DNA of 40,250 bases from Acidobacteriota bacterium (lineage in GTDB: Bacteria > Acidobacteriota > Thermoanaerobaculia > Multivoradales > JAGPDF01). A program made the position numbers and the translations under genes. Every line of letters starts with the position of its first letter. Within the stretch, counting starts at the first letter, position 1. Under the pieces are notes generated by a model. The model did no database searches and had not been told where the DNA came from. It saw only the letters and a program-made list of their open reading frames with translations. Positions 19,142 through 28,494 of the stretch are shown here, piece by piece. The stretch covers positions 1 to 40,250 of the forward strand of contig JBLMYC010000023.1 in assembly GCA_050258075.1 (NCBI GenBank), written 5' to 3'.

Positions 19142-19783
19142 ATGGAAGCATGTCTGGGTGCCGGATTGCTGCGCCGTTGCGCCAGCGACGACCAGGATCC
19201 ATGGACGGAGCTCACCGCGCGTTTCGGAGCGCGTCTCGAGGCCGGCGTTCGCCGCGCGTTGCGCCGCGCTGGCTGGCAAGCCAGCGCCGACCAGATCGAG
19301 GACTTTCTGCAGGACGTGTACTGCCGCTTGCTCGAGCGCGACCGGCGTGCGCTGAGCCGTTTTCGCGGCGCGAGCGAGGGCGAAGCGGCGGCGTACCTGC
19401 GCCGTATCGCCGAGACGGTGACTCTGGACGCCTTGCGCCAAGCCGCGGCGGCGAAGCGGGGCGGCGAGCATCCTCCTGCCGACGCCGTCGACCTCGACAA
19501 CGCACCGTCGCGGACGGCTTCGCCGGAGGACGAGCTGCTTGCCCGCGAGCGGTGGGCGCAACTCGCGACGCGCTGCGCCGCGGCGGCGGGACGCCACGCC
19601 GCGCGGCGCAACCGCTGGATCCTGCGCAAGGCGCTGGTCGAAGGGTGGAGCAGCCGCGAGATCTCGGCCGGCCTGGGGGGTGGCCTGACGCCGGGCAGTG
19701 TCGACTCGATCGTGGCGCGGGCGCGGCGTCGCCTGGCGCGGGAAGGCCTGGCCCTGCGTCGCCGCGCCGCTGCGTCGGGCTGA
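19142..19783 (+). CDS. ECF-type sigma-70 family factor (divergent)
   Basis: IEDFLQDVYCRL, YLRRIAETVTLDALR...AKRGG and EGWSSREIS...SVDSIVARARRRL; AGGAG RBS. Confidence 0.8.
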   Translation: MEACLGAGLLRRCASDDQDPWTELTARFGARLEAGVRRALRRAGWQASADQIEDFLQDVYCRLLERDRRALSRFRGASEGEAAAYLRRIAETVTLDALRQAAAAKRGGEHPPADAVDLDNAPSRTASPEDELLARERWAQLATRCAAAAGRHAARRNRWILRKALVEGWSSREISAGLGGGLTPGSVDSIVARARRRLAREGLALRRRAAASG

Positions 19784-19798
19784 AGCTATGATCGCGAC

Positions 19799-20746
19799 GT
19801 GATCCGCGCTTTCAGCGGCCGGCGCTGTCTGCTTCACGAAGCGCCGCCCGGCTATCCGGAGGTGCCGCAGCGCCTGGCGGGCGTGCTGCAGGCTGTGCAG
19901 GGGGCGGCCTGGCCGGTGGACGAGATGCCGGCCCATCCGATGTCGCGGGAAGCCGTTCTGGCGCTCCACGATGCCGCCTACGTCGAGCGTTTCGAGCATG
20001 CCGTACGGCGCGGCGATGGGCTGCTCGATTCGGCCGACAACCCGCTTGGGGCTGGCACCTGGGACGCTGCTTGGGGGGCGATCGATGCCACCCTGCACGC
20101 CGCGGACTGGGTGCTCGGCGGGTCGGGCCGGGTGGCGTTCGCGGCGGTGCGGCCGCCGGGCCACCACGCCGAGCGTGACTTGGCGATGGGCTTCTGCTTC
20201 TTCGACAATGTCGCGGTCGCCGCCGACCACCTGCGGCGCCGCGGCGGCGTCGAACGGGTTGCGATCTTCGATTTCGACGTTCACCACGGCAACGGCACGC
20301 AGCACCTCTTCGAGGAGCGGGCCGACGTCTTCTACGCCAGCACCCATCAGTTCCCCTTCTACCCTGGAACCGGCGCCGCCAGCGAATGCGGCCGTGGGGC
20401 GGGGAGCGGCGCCACGCTGAACGTCCCTCTGCCGGCCGGAAGCGGAGACGAGGAGTATGCCGCCGCGTTGCGCGAGCGCATCCTCCCGGCGCTGCGCGAG
20501 TTCGCGCCCCAGGCGCTGCTGCTGTCGGCTGGATTCGACGCCTGGCGCGGCGATCCCCTGGGAGGGATGCGGGTAAGCGAACAGGCTTTCGAGGGCTGGG
20601 GGCGCGCCCTCGGCGAGCTGGCGGGGGAGCTGTGCGACGGCCGGGTGCTGGCGGTGCTGGAGGGCGGCTACGACCTGCGGGCGTTGCCCGGGCTGGCCGT
20701 CGCCCACCTGCGTGGGCTCGCGACCGGCCTGGGTCTCGCGCCATGA
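19799..20746 (+). CDS. Histone deacetylase family (Zn-dependent acetyl-amidohydrolase)
   Basis: VRPPGHHA, GFCFF, DFDVHHGNGTQ, HQFPFYPGTG, SAGFDA and LEGGY motifs. Confidence 0.95.
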   Translation: MIRAFSGRRCLLHEAPPGYPEVPQRLAGVLQAVQGAAWPVDEMPAHPMSREAVLALHDAAYVERFEHAVRRGDGLLDSADNPLGAGTWDAAWGAIDATLHAADWVLGGSGRVAFAAVRPPGHHAERDLAMGFCFFDNVAVAADHLRRRGGVERVAIFDFDVHHGNGTQHLFEERADVFYASTHQFPFYPGTGAASECGRGAGSGATLNVPLPAGSGDEEYAAALRERILPALREFAPQALLLSAGFDAWRGDPLGGMRVSEQAFEGWGRALGELAGELCDGRVLAVLEGGYDLRALPGLAVAHLRGLATGLGLAP

Positions 20747-20775
20747 CATGGCGGCATTTTCAGCCCTGGACCTCG

Positions 20776-20805
20776 TTGACTTTCTCCTGTATCCATCGGT
20801 AGAAT
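20776..20805 (+). promoter_or_regulatory. sigma70 promoter
   Basis: TTGACT (20776-20781), 18-bp spacer, TAGAAT (20800-20805). Confidence 0.7.
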
Positions 20806-20931
20806 GCCGCCGAGAGTTCACGTAAAACTTTCAATACGCTTCGCAAAGGAGCTGTTGATCGCGTAACGGTTGGGCGTCCCGGATCCGGCAGTCGTAGCAC
20901 CGTGCCGGCGGACCCCAGGGAGGTCACTCGC

Positions 20932-22146
20932 ATGCGGCGTTCCTTCGTCATTCTCGGTTTGCTTGCCGGACTCCTGGTCTCCGCACCCGGCTGGGCTGCC
21001 CTGCCTTTCGGTCACCTGGACGGGAAGCTCCGGGGCGGCAACGCCGGCGGCGGCGTGATGGGGATCACGGGATGGGCTCTTGACGACGACGGCGTGTATC
21101 AGGTCGCCATTCTCGTCGACGGCGTCGAGATCGGACAGGCGAACTACCATCAGACGCGTCCGGGCGTCACACGCCAGCATCCGGGCTATCCGGACTCCCC
21201 TCGCCCTGGTTTCGGGTACCAGCTCGACACCACGCGCTTCCTGAACGGCCTCCATCGGGTTTCCGTGCTGGTGCGCAGCCTGCGGGCCGGCGAGGTCGCG
21301 GTCCTCAACTCGGTGACGCTCCAGTTCACGAACAGCACGCACACCGCAGTGCCGTTCGGGCAGATCGAGTACCCGCGGCCGCACGACGAGGTGTGGGGCA
21401 AGTGCGTCACCGGCTCGTCGTACCCGCGGCGCTACGCGATCGTGTCAGGCTACTCGCTCGACCCCAGCCTGGAAGGCGACGCCGAGGGCCAGGGCTACGT
21501 CGAGCTGATGTTGGACGGCGTGATCCTGTACAACTCGCTGAGCGATTGCACCTATGTCTCCTCGCTCGGCGGCCTGGTCGAGTGCTACGGCCTGCTGCGC
21601 CTCGACCTCGCCAACCAGTATCCGTCGCTGAAGAACGCGGTGCACTCGGGCTTCCGCTTCGCGGTCGACGTCGGCGCGATGATCGAGGCCGGCTTCACCA
21701 CCCGCGGCTCGCATCGCTTCACGATCCGCTCGGGTGACGTGCCGGGCACGGTGTCGAAGATCGACGACATCGTGGTGACCTTCAACTGCACCGAGGACGT
21801 CGCCAACGAGGAGGCGATCGGCTCGATCGACTTCCCGCAGCCGGGTTTGATCTATGCCGACAACGTGATCGCCTCGGGCTGGGCGCTCGATCGCGACGAC
21901 GTGGTGCGGGTCGAGGTCTACGTCGACGGCGTGTACCAGGGCAATGCCAACTATGGCCTGGCCCGGGCCGAGATCTCCGCGGCCTATCCGGGCTTCCCGG
22001 ACAGTGCCGCGCCGGGCTGGCAGTTCGGCCTCAACACCCACAATGTCTCGAACGGTCAGCACTACCTGCAGGCCATTTCGGTCGACGCGCTCGGTGGTCG
22101 CACGACGCTCGGCCAGCGGGCGTTCGTGGTCGACAACGAGCCGTAG
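20932..22146 (+). CDS. Secreted protein with three Ig-like repeats
   Basis: GGGAGGT RBS; signal peptide; three units of G.(I/L)(D/E)...G(W/Y).LD...V...(V/L)DGV...R......P......G(F/W).......G.H. Confidence 0.8.
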   Translation: MRRSFVILGLLAGLLVSAPGWAALPFGHLDGKLRGGNAGGGVMGITGWALDDDGVYQVAILVDGVEIGQANYHQTRPGVTRQHPGYPDSPRPGFGYQLDTTRFLNGLHRVSVLVRSLRAGEVAVLNSVTLQFTNSTHTAVPFGQIEYPRPHDEVWGKCVTGSSYPRRYAIVSGYSLDPSLEGDAEGQGYVELMLDGVILYNSLSDCTYVSSLGGLVECYGLLRLDLANQYPSLKNAVHSGFRFAVDVGAMIEAGFTTRGSHRFTIRSGDVPGTVSKIDDIVVTFNCTEDVANEEAIGSIDFPQPGLIYADNVIASGWALDRDDVVRVEVYVDGVYQGNANYGLARAEISAAYPGFPDSAAPGWQFGLNTHNVSNGQHYLQAISVDALGGRTTLGQRAFVVDNEP

Positions 22147-22196
22147 CTGCAGACGACTGACGGGCGCCGGCTGTTGGCGCGCCCGCCGCGCTTCTT

Positions 22197-22229
22197 CCGG
22201 GGGCCCTGGCCACGAGGCGGGGCCCCCGG
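22197..22229. terminator. GC-rich hairpin between convergent genes
   Basis: CCGGGGGCCCTG / CGGGGCCCCCGG 12-bp stem (one G-U pair). Confidence 0.5.
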
Positions 22230-22260
22230 TCGTTTCCTGCGACAGGAAGGTGGGAGCGAG

Positions 22261-23886
22261 CTAGGGTAGCGCGGCGCGCTGCGTCTTGGCCTGGCCCAGG
22301 CTCTGCCGCGCCGCGAGCAGTTCGGCGGCGCGCGGGAACGCCTTCAGCGCCGCCTGGATCTGGACGTCGCCGCCGGCCTGGACCTGGTGACCAGCCTCCA
22401 GGCCGAAGGTGGCGTTGAACATCTCGGCCTGGATCTGACGCTGGGTGAAAGCCCGTGTCGCGTCGTCGGCGAAGGCCTTGTCGAGCTCCTCGGCGGTGGA
22501 GATCTTCTGCGCCAGGAGCCAGGCCTTGAACTGGTCGAGCAGGCCGGCATCGGGCTTCCAGTCGCGGGTCGGCGGCTGGCGGCCGTCGCGCTCGACGGCG
22601 AAGTTGAAGAACGCGTTGTGCGCGAACAGATACTGGGCGAACACCGGCACTTCGTTGGGCTCCACCTTCACGTCGGGCGTGATGCCGCCGCCTCCGTACA
22701 CCTTGCGCCCGAGGTCGGTCGCGTACTCGGTGCCCGGCTTCTGCGGGGTGGCCGGTGCGGTGGCACCGCCGTCGTGCGGGTTGTCGGCGCTCTCGGCGTG
22801 GTTGTACAGATAGTCGAGATAGGAGCTGTAGTCGCGCTGGATCAGCCGTCCGGACGGCGTGTAGTACTTGGCGGTGGTCAGCGCCAGGCCGGCGCCGTAC
22901 GGCAGGTTGTAGACCGACTGCACCAGCCCCTTGCCCCAGGTGGGAGTGCCGACGATCAACCCGAAGTCGTGGTCCTGGATGGCGCCAGAGACGATCTCCG
23001 AGGCCGATGCCGTGCCGTTGTTGACCAGCACGACGAGCGGCATGCCGAGGACCGGGTGGTTGCCGGCCGCCGCGTATTGCTGGAACGAGTCGCGGGTGCG
23101 GCCGCGGGTCTCGACGATCTTGCTGCCCTTGGGCAGGAACTGGTCGGCGACGTCGATCGCCGCGTCGAGCAGCCCGCCGCCGTTGTTGCGCAGGTCGAGG
23201 AGCAGCCGCTTCATGCCCTGGCCGCGCAGCTTCTCGATCGCCGTGGCGACCTCGTCGCCGGTGCCGCGCCCGAAGTCGCTGATCAGGATGTAGCCGGTGC
23301 CGGGCTCCAGCATGTAGGCGTAGCGCACCGTGGTCTGGGGGATCTCGGCGCGGGTGACGGTCAGCTCCAGCGGCCGGTCGAGGCCGACGCGGACGACGGT
23401 GACGTGCACCTGGGTGCCCTTCGGGCCCTTCAGCTTGTTGACCGCCTCGTCCAGGGTCATCTTCTCGGTCGGCTGGCCCTCGATGTCGCTGATCACGTCG
23501 CCGGCCCGCATGCCGAGGCGGGCCGCGGGCGAGCCCTCGATCGGGCTGATCACCGTCAGCTGGTTGTTGCGGATCCCCACCAGCAGGCCGAGCCCGAAGT
23601 ACGTGCTCTGCTGCTTCTCGCGCATCGAGTTGTAAGCCTCGGGCGTGAGGAAAGCGGTATGCGGATCGAGTGGTCGCAGCAGGCCCTGGATCGAGGCCCA
23701 GACCAGCTCCTTGTAGGAGGTGTCGCCGGCGTAGTTGTCGTGCGCGGCGGTGAGCAGATCGGTGTACAGGCGAAGGCCTTCGCGGGTCTCCTCGGTTACC
23801 GCCAGCAGGCGGTCGCCGAAGAACCCGCCGAGCAGCAGGCAGCTGCAGAAGGCGGAGATGGCGAGAATCTTCCAGGAGCGCGACAT
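22261..23886 (-). CDS. Carboxyl-terminal processing protease (S41A, CtpA/Prc family)
   Basis: LDPHT, PDZ domain (GSPAARLGMRAGDVI), DLRNNGGGLL, TASASEIV, GKGLVQ and YYTPSGRLIQ; start placed at ATG 23886. Confidence 0.95.
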   Translation of the reverse strand: MSRSWKILAISAFCSCLLLGGFFGDRLLAVTEETREGLRLYTDLLTAAHDNYAGDTSYKELVWASIQGLLRPLDPHTAFLTPEAYNSMREKQQSTYFGLGLLVGIRNNQLTVISPIEGSPAARLGMRAGDVISDIEGQPTEKMTLDEAVNKLKGPKGTQVHVTVVRVGLDRPLELTVTRAEIPQTTVRYAYMLEPGTGYILISDFGRGTGDEVATAIEKLRGQGMKRLLLDLRNNGGGLLDAAIDVADQFLPKGSKIVETRGRTRDSFQQYAAAGNHPVLGMPLVVLVNNGTASASEIVSGAIQDHDFGLIVGTPTWGKGLVQSVYNLPYGAGLALTTAKYYTPSGRLIQRDYSSYLDYLYNHAESADNPHDGGATAPATPQKPGTEYATDLGRKVYGGGGITPDVKVEPNEVPVFAQYLFAHNAFFNFAVERDGRQPPTRDWKPDAGLLDQFKAWLLAQKISTAEELDKAFADDATRAFTQRQIQAEMFNATFGLEAGHQVQAGGDVQIQAALKAFPRAAELLAARQSLGQAKTQRAALP

Positions 23887-23986
23887 TGCAGCTGCGCAGT
23901 CTAGCACCTCGGGCGAGGCGTTCCCGCGGCGAATGGGCTAAGATCGGCCGGAGACGCGACGGCCCGATGCCGTCGGAGGTGCTAGC

Positions 23987-24313
23987 GTGAATCTCGGCCT
24001 GCCCGAGCTGTTGTTCATCCTGATCCTGGCTCTGCTCATCTTCGGCCCCAAGAAGCTGCCGGAGATCGGCCGCACCCTCGGCAAGGGCATGGCGGAGTTC
24101 CGCAAGGCGTCGACCGATCTGCGGCGCACGATCGAGCGCGAGCTCGACGTGGAGGGGCAGCAGCCCGCGCCGCCGCGGCCCGCTCTGGCCCAGCCGGTCG
24201 TGCCGATGGCGGCGCCCACCGCTGTCGTCGTGGAGCCGAAGGCGGCGGACCAGACGGTCGCCCGCGTGGAAGTCACCACGGCGCCGCCGGCGGACCCTAC
24301 CGTCCCCTCCTAG
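23987..24313 (+). CDS. tatA: Twin-arginine translocase TatA/TatB subunit
   Basis: [39 protein letters not shown]; GGAGGT RBS. Confidence 0.9.
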   Translation: MNLGLPELLFILILALLIFGPKKLPEIGRTLGKGMAEFRKASTDLRRTIERELDVEGQQPAPPRPALAQPVVPMAAPTAVVVEPKAADQTVARVEVTTAPPADPTVPS

Positions 24314-24319
24314 CCCAAC

Positions 24320-25111
24320 GTGGAAGCCATCCCGCGCCGACCCGGAGGAGAAGGGGAGGACGCTCTGCCGCGCATGACGCTGCTCGAGCATCTCGAGGAG
24401 CTGCGTCGGCGGATCATCTATGCCGTGCTCGCGGTGGCGATCGCCTTCTCCGTGTGCTGGGTCTACGCGCAGGAGATCTTCCGCTGGCTGTGCGCCCCGA
24501 TCCAGCCCTACCTGCCGCCGGGGACCAAGCTGGCGTTCATCGGCATCGTCGATCCGTTCGTGCTGTACATGAAGGTGGCGCTGCTGGTCGGGCTGTTCGT
24601 CGCCTCGCCGATCGTCCTCTACCAGATCTGGGGCTTCGTCTCGCCCGGCCTGTACTCGCGTGAGAAGCGCTGGGCGGTGCCGTTCATCTTCTTCGGGTCC
24701 GCCTTTTTCATCGCCGGCGGCCTGTTCGCCTACTATGTGGCGTTTCCCTTCGCGGTGCAGTTCCTGCTCGGCATCGGCCAGGACTTCCAGCCGGTGATCA
24801 CGGTCGAGAACTACTTCTCGTTCCTGACCTTCGTGATGCTCGCTTCGGGGCTGATGTTCGAGCTGCCGGTGCTGATCTTCCTGCTCGCCGAGATCGGCGT
24901 CGTCACGCCGCGCTTCCTGATGCGCCACTTCCGCTGGGCGGTGCTGCTCATCTTCATCGTCGCGGCGATCATCACGCCGACGCCCGACATCTTCAACATG
25001 TGTCTGATCGCGCTGCCGGCGCTGGGACTGTATCTGCTCGGGGTCGGTGCGGCGTGGCTCTTCGGGCGCGGCCGCCGCAAGGCTCGCAGCGAAGAGCTGG
25101 CGCGCACCTGA
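24320..25111 (+). CDS. tatC: Twin-arginine translocase TatC
   Basis: MTLLEHLEELRRR, FVSPGLYSREK, FELPV and IITPTPD motifs. Confidence 0.96.
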   Translation: MEAIPRRPGGEGEDALPRMTLLEHLEELRRRIIYAVLAVAIAFSVCWVYAQEIFRWLCAPIQPYLPPGTKLAFIGIVDPFVLYMKVALLVGLFVASPIVLYQIWGFVSPGLYSREKRWAVPFIFFGSAFFIAGGLFAYYVAFPFAVQFLLGIGQDFQPVITVENYFSFLTFVMLASGLMFELPVLIFLLAEIGVVTPRFLMRHFRWAVLLIFIVAAIITPTPDIFNMCLIALPALGLYLLGVGAAWLFGRGRRKARSEELART

Positions 25112-25118
25112 TCGCCGC

Positions 25119-26948
25119 TCAGAAGTAGCCGAGCGCCTGCAGGTCCGCACGATCCTCGTCGTCGAGCGGCTGGCGTGGGGACCCCGGCGGGGCTCGGCGG
25201 TTGGCCAGGAACCGCTCGAGCGCGGCGCGCATCCGCGCTTCCTCCGGCCGGCCCTGGCCGGCGAGGTTGTGGAGCTCGGCGGGATCCTGGCCGACGTCGA
25301 AGAGGTAGGGACCGTCGGGAATCCGGCGGTTGCCGCGGCTCTCGAAATACAGGCTCTGCTTGGTGCGCATCATCGCTCCCAGCCCGTTGGCGTGCTCGGC
25401 GAAGACCGCGGAGCGTCCGTTCCTTCCGGACGCGAAGAGCTCGTCGAGCGGCACGCCATCCTGATCGGGAGGAGGGCGCAGACCGGCGGCGCGCAGCAGA
25501 GTGGGGTAGACGTCGAGCGTCTGGACCAGCCCGCGTCGGACGCGCAGAGATCGCTGGCCGGGCCAACGGAGGATCAGCGGGACGTGGGTGGTCGTGTCGT
25601 ACAGACCGGCGTGCCGGTAGCGGATGCCGTGCTCGCCGAGGCTCTCGCCGTGGTCGGCGACGATGACGACGATCGTGCTATCGAGCAGACCACGGGAGCG
25701 CACGTAGGCGAGTAGTCGCCCGATCTGGCGATCCACGTAGGCCACCTCGCCGAGGTAGAGATCGCGGTTGCCAGCGAGGACCGGCTCGTCGAAGTCGCGG
25801 CCACCGGGGGAACGGAAGTCGAGCCACTGGCGGACCGGCCCGAGGCCGGAGGCCATCGCCGGTTGCTCGCCGACCGAGAAGGGCGCCGGCGGCGTGTGTG
25901 GGGTGTGCGGGTCGAACAAGTGCACCCAGGCGAAGAAGGGTCGCCGGGCCGTGGCAAGCCAGCCCATGGCCACCTGCACAGCCGTCTCGGCGGCGAATTG
26001 GCGGTCCGCCCGCACGACCGTTCGAAAGCCGCGACCCAAGCCGGAGACGTGATCGCCGAGGTGCCGCGCCGAGATGACCGCCAGGGTGTCGTAGCCGGAG
26101 CGGGCGAGAGCCTGTGCCAGCGTCTGCTCACCGATTGGCAGCTTCGTCCCCAGGTCGTACACGCCGTCATCCTTGGGATAACGGCCGGTGAACATCGAGG
26201 CGAAGCTCGGATTGGTGGCGTTGATGGCCGTATACGCGTCAGGGTAGACGTCGCTCTCCCTCGCCAGGCGATCGATCTCCGGCGTCAGCGATGGCCCGCC
26301 GCGCCGCGGTCCGACGACGTCAGCACGCAGCGTGTCGACCGCGATTAGCAGGATGCTGGGTGGCCCGTCGGGCGGCGCCACGGCGGGCGCCGAATCCCGC
26401 CAGTACACCGCCGGGCTGGCCCAGCGGACCGGAGCGCGCTCGCCTTTGGAGGCGTGGACCTCGAAGATCAGGTCGACCCGGCGTCCCGCCCAGGCGCCGA
26501 GGTCGATCTCGGCCGGCGCCGGCGCGAACCTGGCGCGGGTCGGCGCCGCGCCGCGGAAGATCTCTCGCTCGCCGCGCGAGTCCCGCACTGCGATGCGGCA
26601 CGTGTCGGCGCCGCTCCCCAGGAGCCTTGCCGAGAGGTAAGGCATGGCGCCGAGGGAAAGTGACCAGACGAGTCGCGATCCCGAGCGCTGCTCGATCGCC
26701 CGGACCTCGCCGGCGACGAGCTGCCGAGACGGCTGGCTGGCGGGGCCGGGGGTCGGCTCGGGGAGCTCGGCGCCGCCCAGCGTGGCTTGCACGATGCGCC
26801 AGGGGCGGGCGCGCCGTTGGTGAAGCGGCCGCTCGATCTGCGGCGCATGCGCAAGGAGGTCGTAGCGCTGCCAGGGATGGAGCGATTCCGGATGAGCGAC
26901 GACCAGCGCCAGGAGGCCGAGGATGAGCAAGTGGGCGCTGCGGCGCAT
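25119..26948 (-). CDS. Sulfatase-like hydrolase/transferase with an N-terminal membrane anchor and beta-rich domain
   Basis: IAVDTLRAD, TNPSFASMFTG, HLFDPHTP, VADHGESLGEHG, HVPLI and LQALGY; start placed at ATG 26948. Confidence 0.88.
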   Translation of the reverse strand: MRRSAHLLILGLLALVVAHPESLHPWQRYDLLAHAPQIERPLHQRRARPWRIVQATLGGAELPEPTPGPASQPSRQLVAGEVRAIEQRSGSRLVWSLSLGAMPYLSARLLGSGADTCRIAVRDSRGEREIFRGAAPTRARFAPAPAEIDLGAWAGRRVDLIFEVHASKGERAPVRWASPAVYWRDSAPAVAPPDGPPSILLIAVDTLRADVVGPRRGGPSLTPEIDRLARESDVYPDAYTAINATNPSFASMFTGRYPKDDGVYDLGTKLPIGEQTLAQALARSGYDTLAVISARHLGDHVSGLGRGFRTVVRADRQFAAETAVQVAMGWLATARRPFFAWVHLFDPHTPHTPPAPFSVGEQPAMASGLGPVRQWLDFRSPGGRDFDEPVLAGNRDLYLGEVAYVDRQIGRLLAYVRSRGLLDSTIVVIVADHGESLGEHGIRYRHAGLYDTTTHVPLILRWPGQRSLRVRRGLVQTLDVYPTLLRAAGLRPPPDQDGVPLDELFASGRNGRSAVFAEHANGLGAMMRTKQSLYFESRGNRRIPDGPYLFDVGQDPAELHNLAGQGRPEEARMRAALERFLANRRAPPGSPRQPLDDEDRADLQALGYF

Positions 26949-26958
26949 GCCGCCCCCC

Positions 26959-27507
26959 TCAGCCCGCGAACGCGGCCAGGGCGCGGTCCCATTCGTCGCG
27001 GGCGCGCAGGATCGCCTCCACTGTCTCGCGCACTGCGCCGTGGCCGCCGGGCTGCGCCAGCACGCGGTGGACGGTGGCGCGCACCTCGGGCACGGCGTCG
27101 GCGGGTGCCAGCGCCAAGCCGCAGCGCCGCAGGATCGCGAGGTCCGGCAGATCGTCGCCGATGTACGCCACCGCACCGGCGTCGAGCTCGTGCGCGGCGA
27201 GGAACTCGGCGAACGCGGCGCCCTTGTCGGTGCGTCCCATCACCACGGCGTCGAGCCCCAGCTCGCGGGCGCGCTGGCGCAGCGCCTCGGAAGAACGGCC
27301 GGAGAGAACACCCACCCGCAGGCCGCAGGCCTGGGCGAGCTTGAGGCCGAGCCCGTCCTTGATGTCGAAGCCGACCAGGGCGTGGCCGTCGGCGCCGTAG
27401 TACACCCGCCCGTCGGTGAGCACGCCGTCGACGTCGCACAGCAGCCAGCGCAGGGCGCGGGCGCGGGCGGTGAAGTCCTCGGCGGAGAGAAGCTGCGGCT
27501 GATCCAT
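26959..27507 (-). CDS. kdsC: KDO 8-phosphate phosphatase (HAD family)
   Basis: DVDGVLTDG, KDGLG, YIGDDLPD and GGHGAVRE motifs. Confidence 0.93.
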   Translation of the reverse strand: MDQPQLLSAEDFTARARALRWLLCDVDGVLTDGRVYYGADGHALVGFDIKDGLGLKLAQACGLRVGVLSGRSSEALRQRARELGLDAVVMGRTDKGAAFAEFLAAHELDAGAVAYIGDDLPDLAILRRCGLALAPADAVPEVRATVHRVLAQPGGHGAVRETVEAILRARDEWDRALAAFAG

Positions 27508-27513
27508 GCGCGA

Positions 27514-28494
27514 CTAGAACAGCTCGAGGCGCCAGAGGTCGTGCAGGTGGACGATGCCCAGGAGCCGCCGCTCGGCGCACACGAAAAGCGACGTGATGCG
27601 GTGATCCTCCATGGTCTTCAGGGCCGCCGAGGCGAGCTCGTCGGGGCCGATCGTGCGCGGTGTCGTGCGCATGCATTCCCCGGCGGTGTGGCGCAGCAGG
27701 CCTTCGTCCTTCTCCAGCAGACGGCGCAGGTCGCCGTCCGAGATGCAGCCCACCAGCTCGTCCGCTCCTGCGGGGCCGTCGACGACCGCGGTGATGCCGA
27801 GGCCCTTGCGCGACATCTCGTAGATCGCGTCGCGCATCGGGGTCGAGCGGTGGACCTTGGGCAGGTCGTCGCCCGAGTGCATCAGCTCCCCGACCCGCAG
27901 CAGGCGCTTGCCGAGCTGGCCACCGGGGTGGAGGCGAGCGAAGTCCTCGGCGGTGAAGCCGCGCGCCTCGATCAGGGCCATGGCGAGGGCGTCGCCGAGC
28001 GCCAGGGTCGCGGTGGTCGAGGCGGTGGGAGCCAGGTTGAGCGGGCAGGCCTCGCGGTCGATCGCCACCCGCAGGTGGAAGTCGGCATGGCGGGCGAGCG
28101 GGCTCGCCGGATTGCCGGTCATGGCGACGAGCGGCACGCCGAGCCGCTTCAGGGTCTCGACCAGGCGGAGCAGCTCCTCGGTGGTGCCGGAGAACGACGC
28201 GGCGAGCACGACGTCGCCTGTGACCAGCATGCCGAGGTCACCGTGGATGGCCTCCGCGGGATGGAGGAAGAAGGCCGGGGTGCCGGTCGAGGACAGCGTG
28301 GCGGCGACTTTCTTCATCACGATGCCGCTCTTGCCCATGCCGGTGCACACGACGCGGCCGCTGCAGCGGCGGATGAGGTCGACTGCGCGATCGAACGCCT
28401 CGTCGAGCTGCGGCACCAGGCCGAGGACCGAGCGGGCCTCGGTCTCCAGCACCTCGCGCGCGACCTCGCGCGGCGGGCGTGGCTTGCCGCTCAT
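27514..28494 (-). CDS. kdsD: Arabinose 5-phosphate isomerase (KpsF/GutQ family)
   Basis: GMGKSG, HPAEAIHGDLG, EACPLNLAPTASTT, HPGGQLG and tandem CBS domains. Confidence 0.95.
   Translation of the reverse strand: MSGKPRPPREVAREVLETEARSVLGLVPQLDEAFDRAVDLIRRCSGRVVCTGMGKSGIVMKKVAATLSSTGTPAFFLHPAEAIHGDLGMLVTGDVVLAASFSGTTEELLRLVETLKRLGVPLVAMTGNPASPLARHADFHLRVAIDREACPLNLAPTASTTATLALGDALAMALIEARGFTAEDFARLHPGGQLGKRLLRVGELMHSGDDLPKVHRSTPMRDAIYEMSRKGLGITAVVDGPAGADELVGCISDGDLRRLLEKDEGLLRHTAGECMRTTPRTIGPDELASAALKTMEDHRITSLFVCAERRLLGIVHLHDLWRLELF

Noticed and set aside
22204-22213. CCCTGGCCAC match to the tRNA-Phe 3' end as a possible att site
   Set aside because: Only ~10 nt in GC-rich DNA, no integrase, and the intervening genes are core.
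22031-25150. 1039-aa minus-strand ORF
   Set aside because: Arg/Pro-rich off-frame overlap of the S41 protease and antisense to tatAC.
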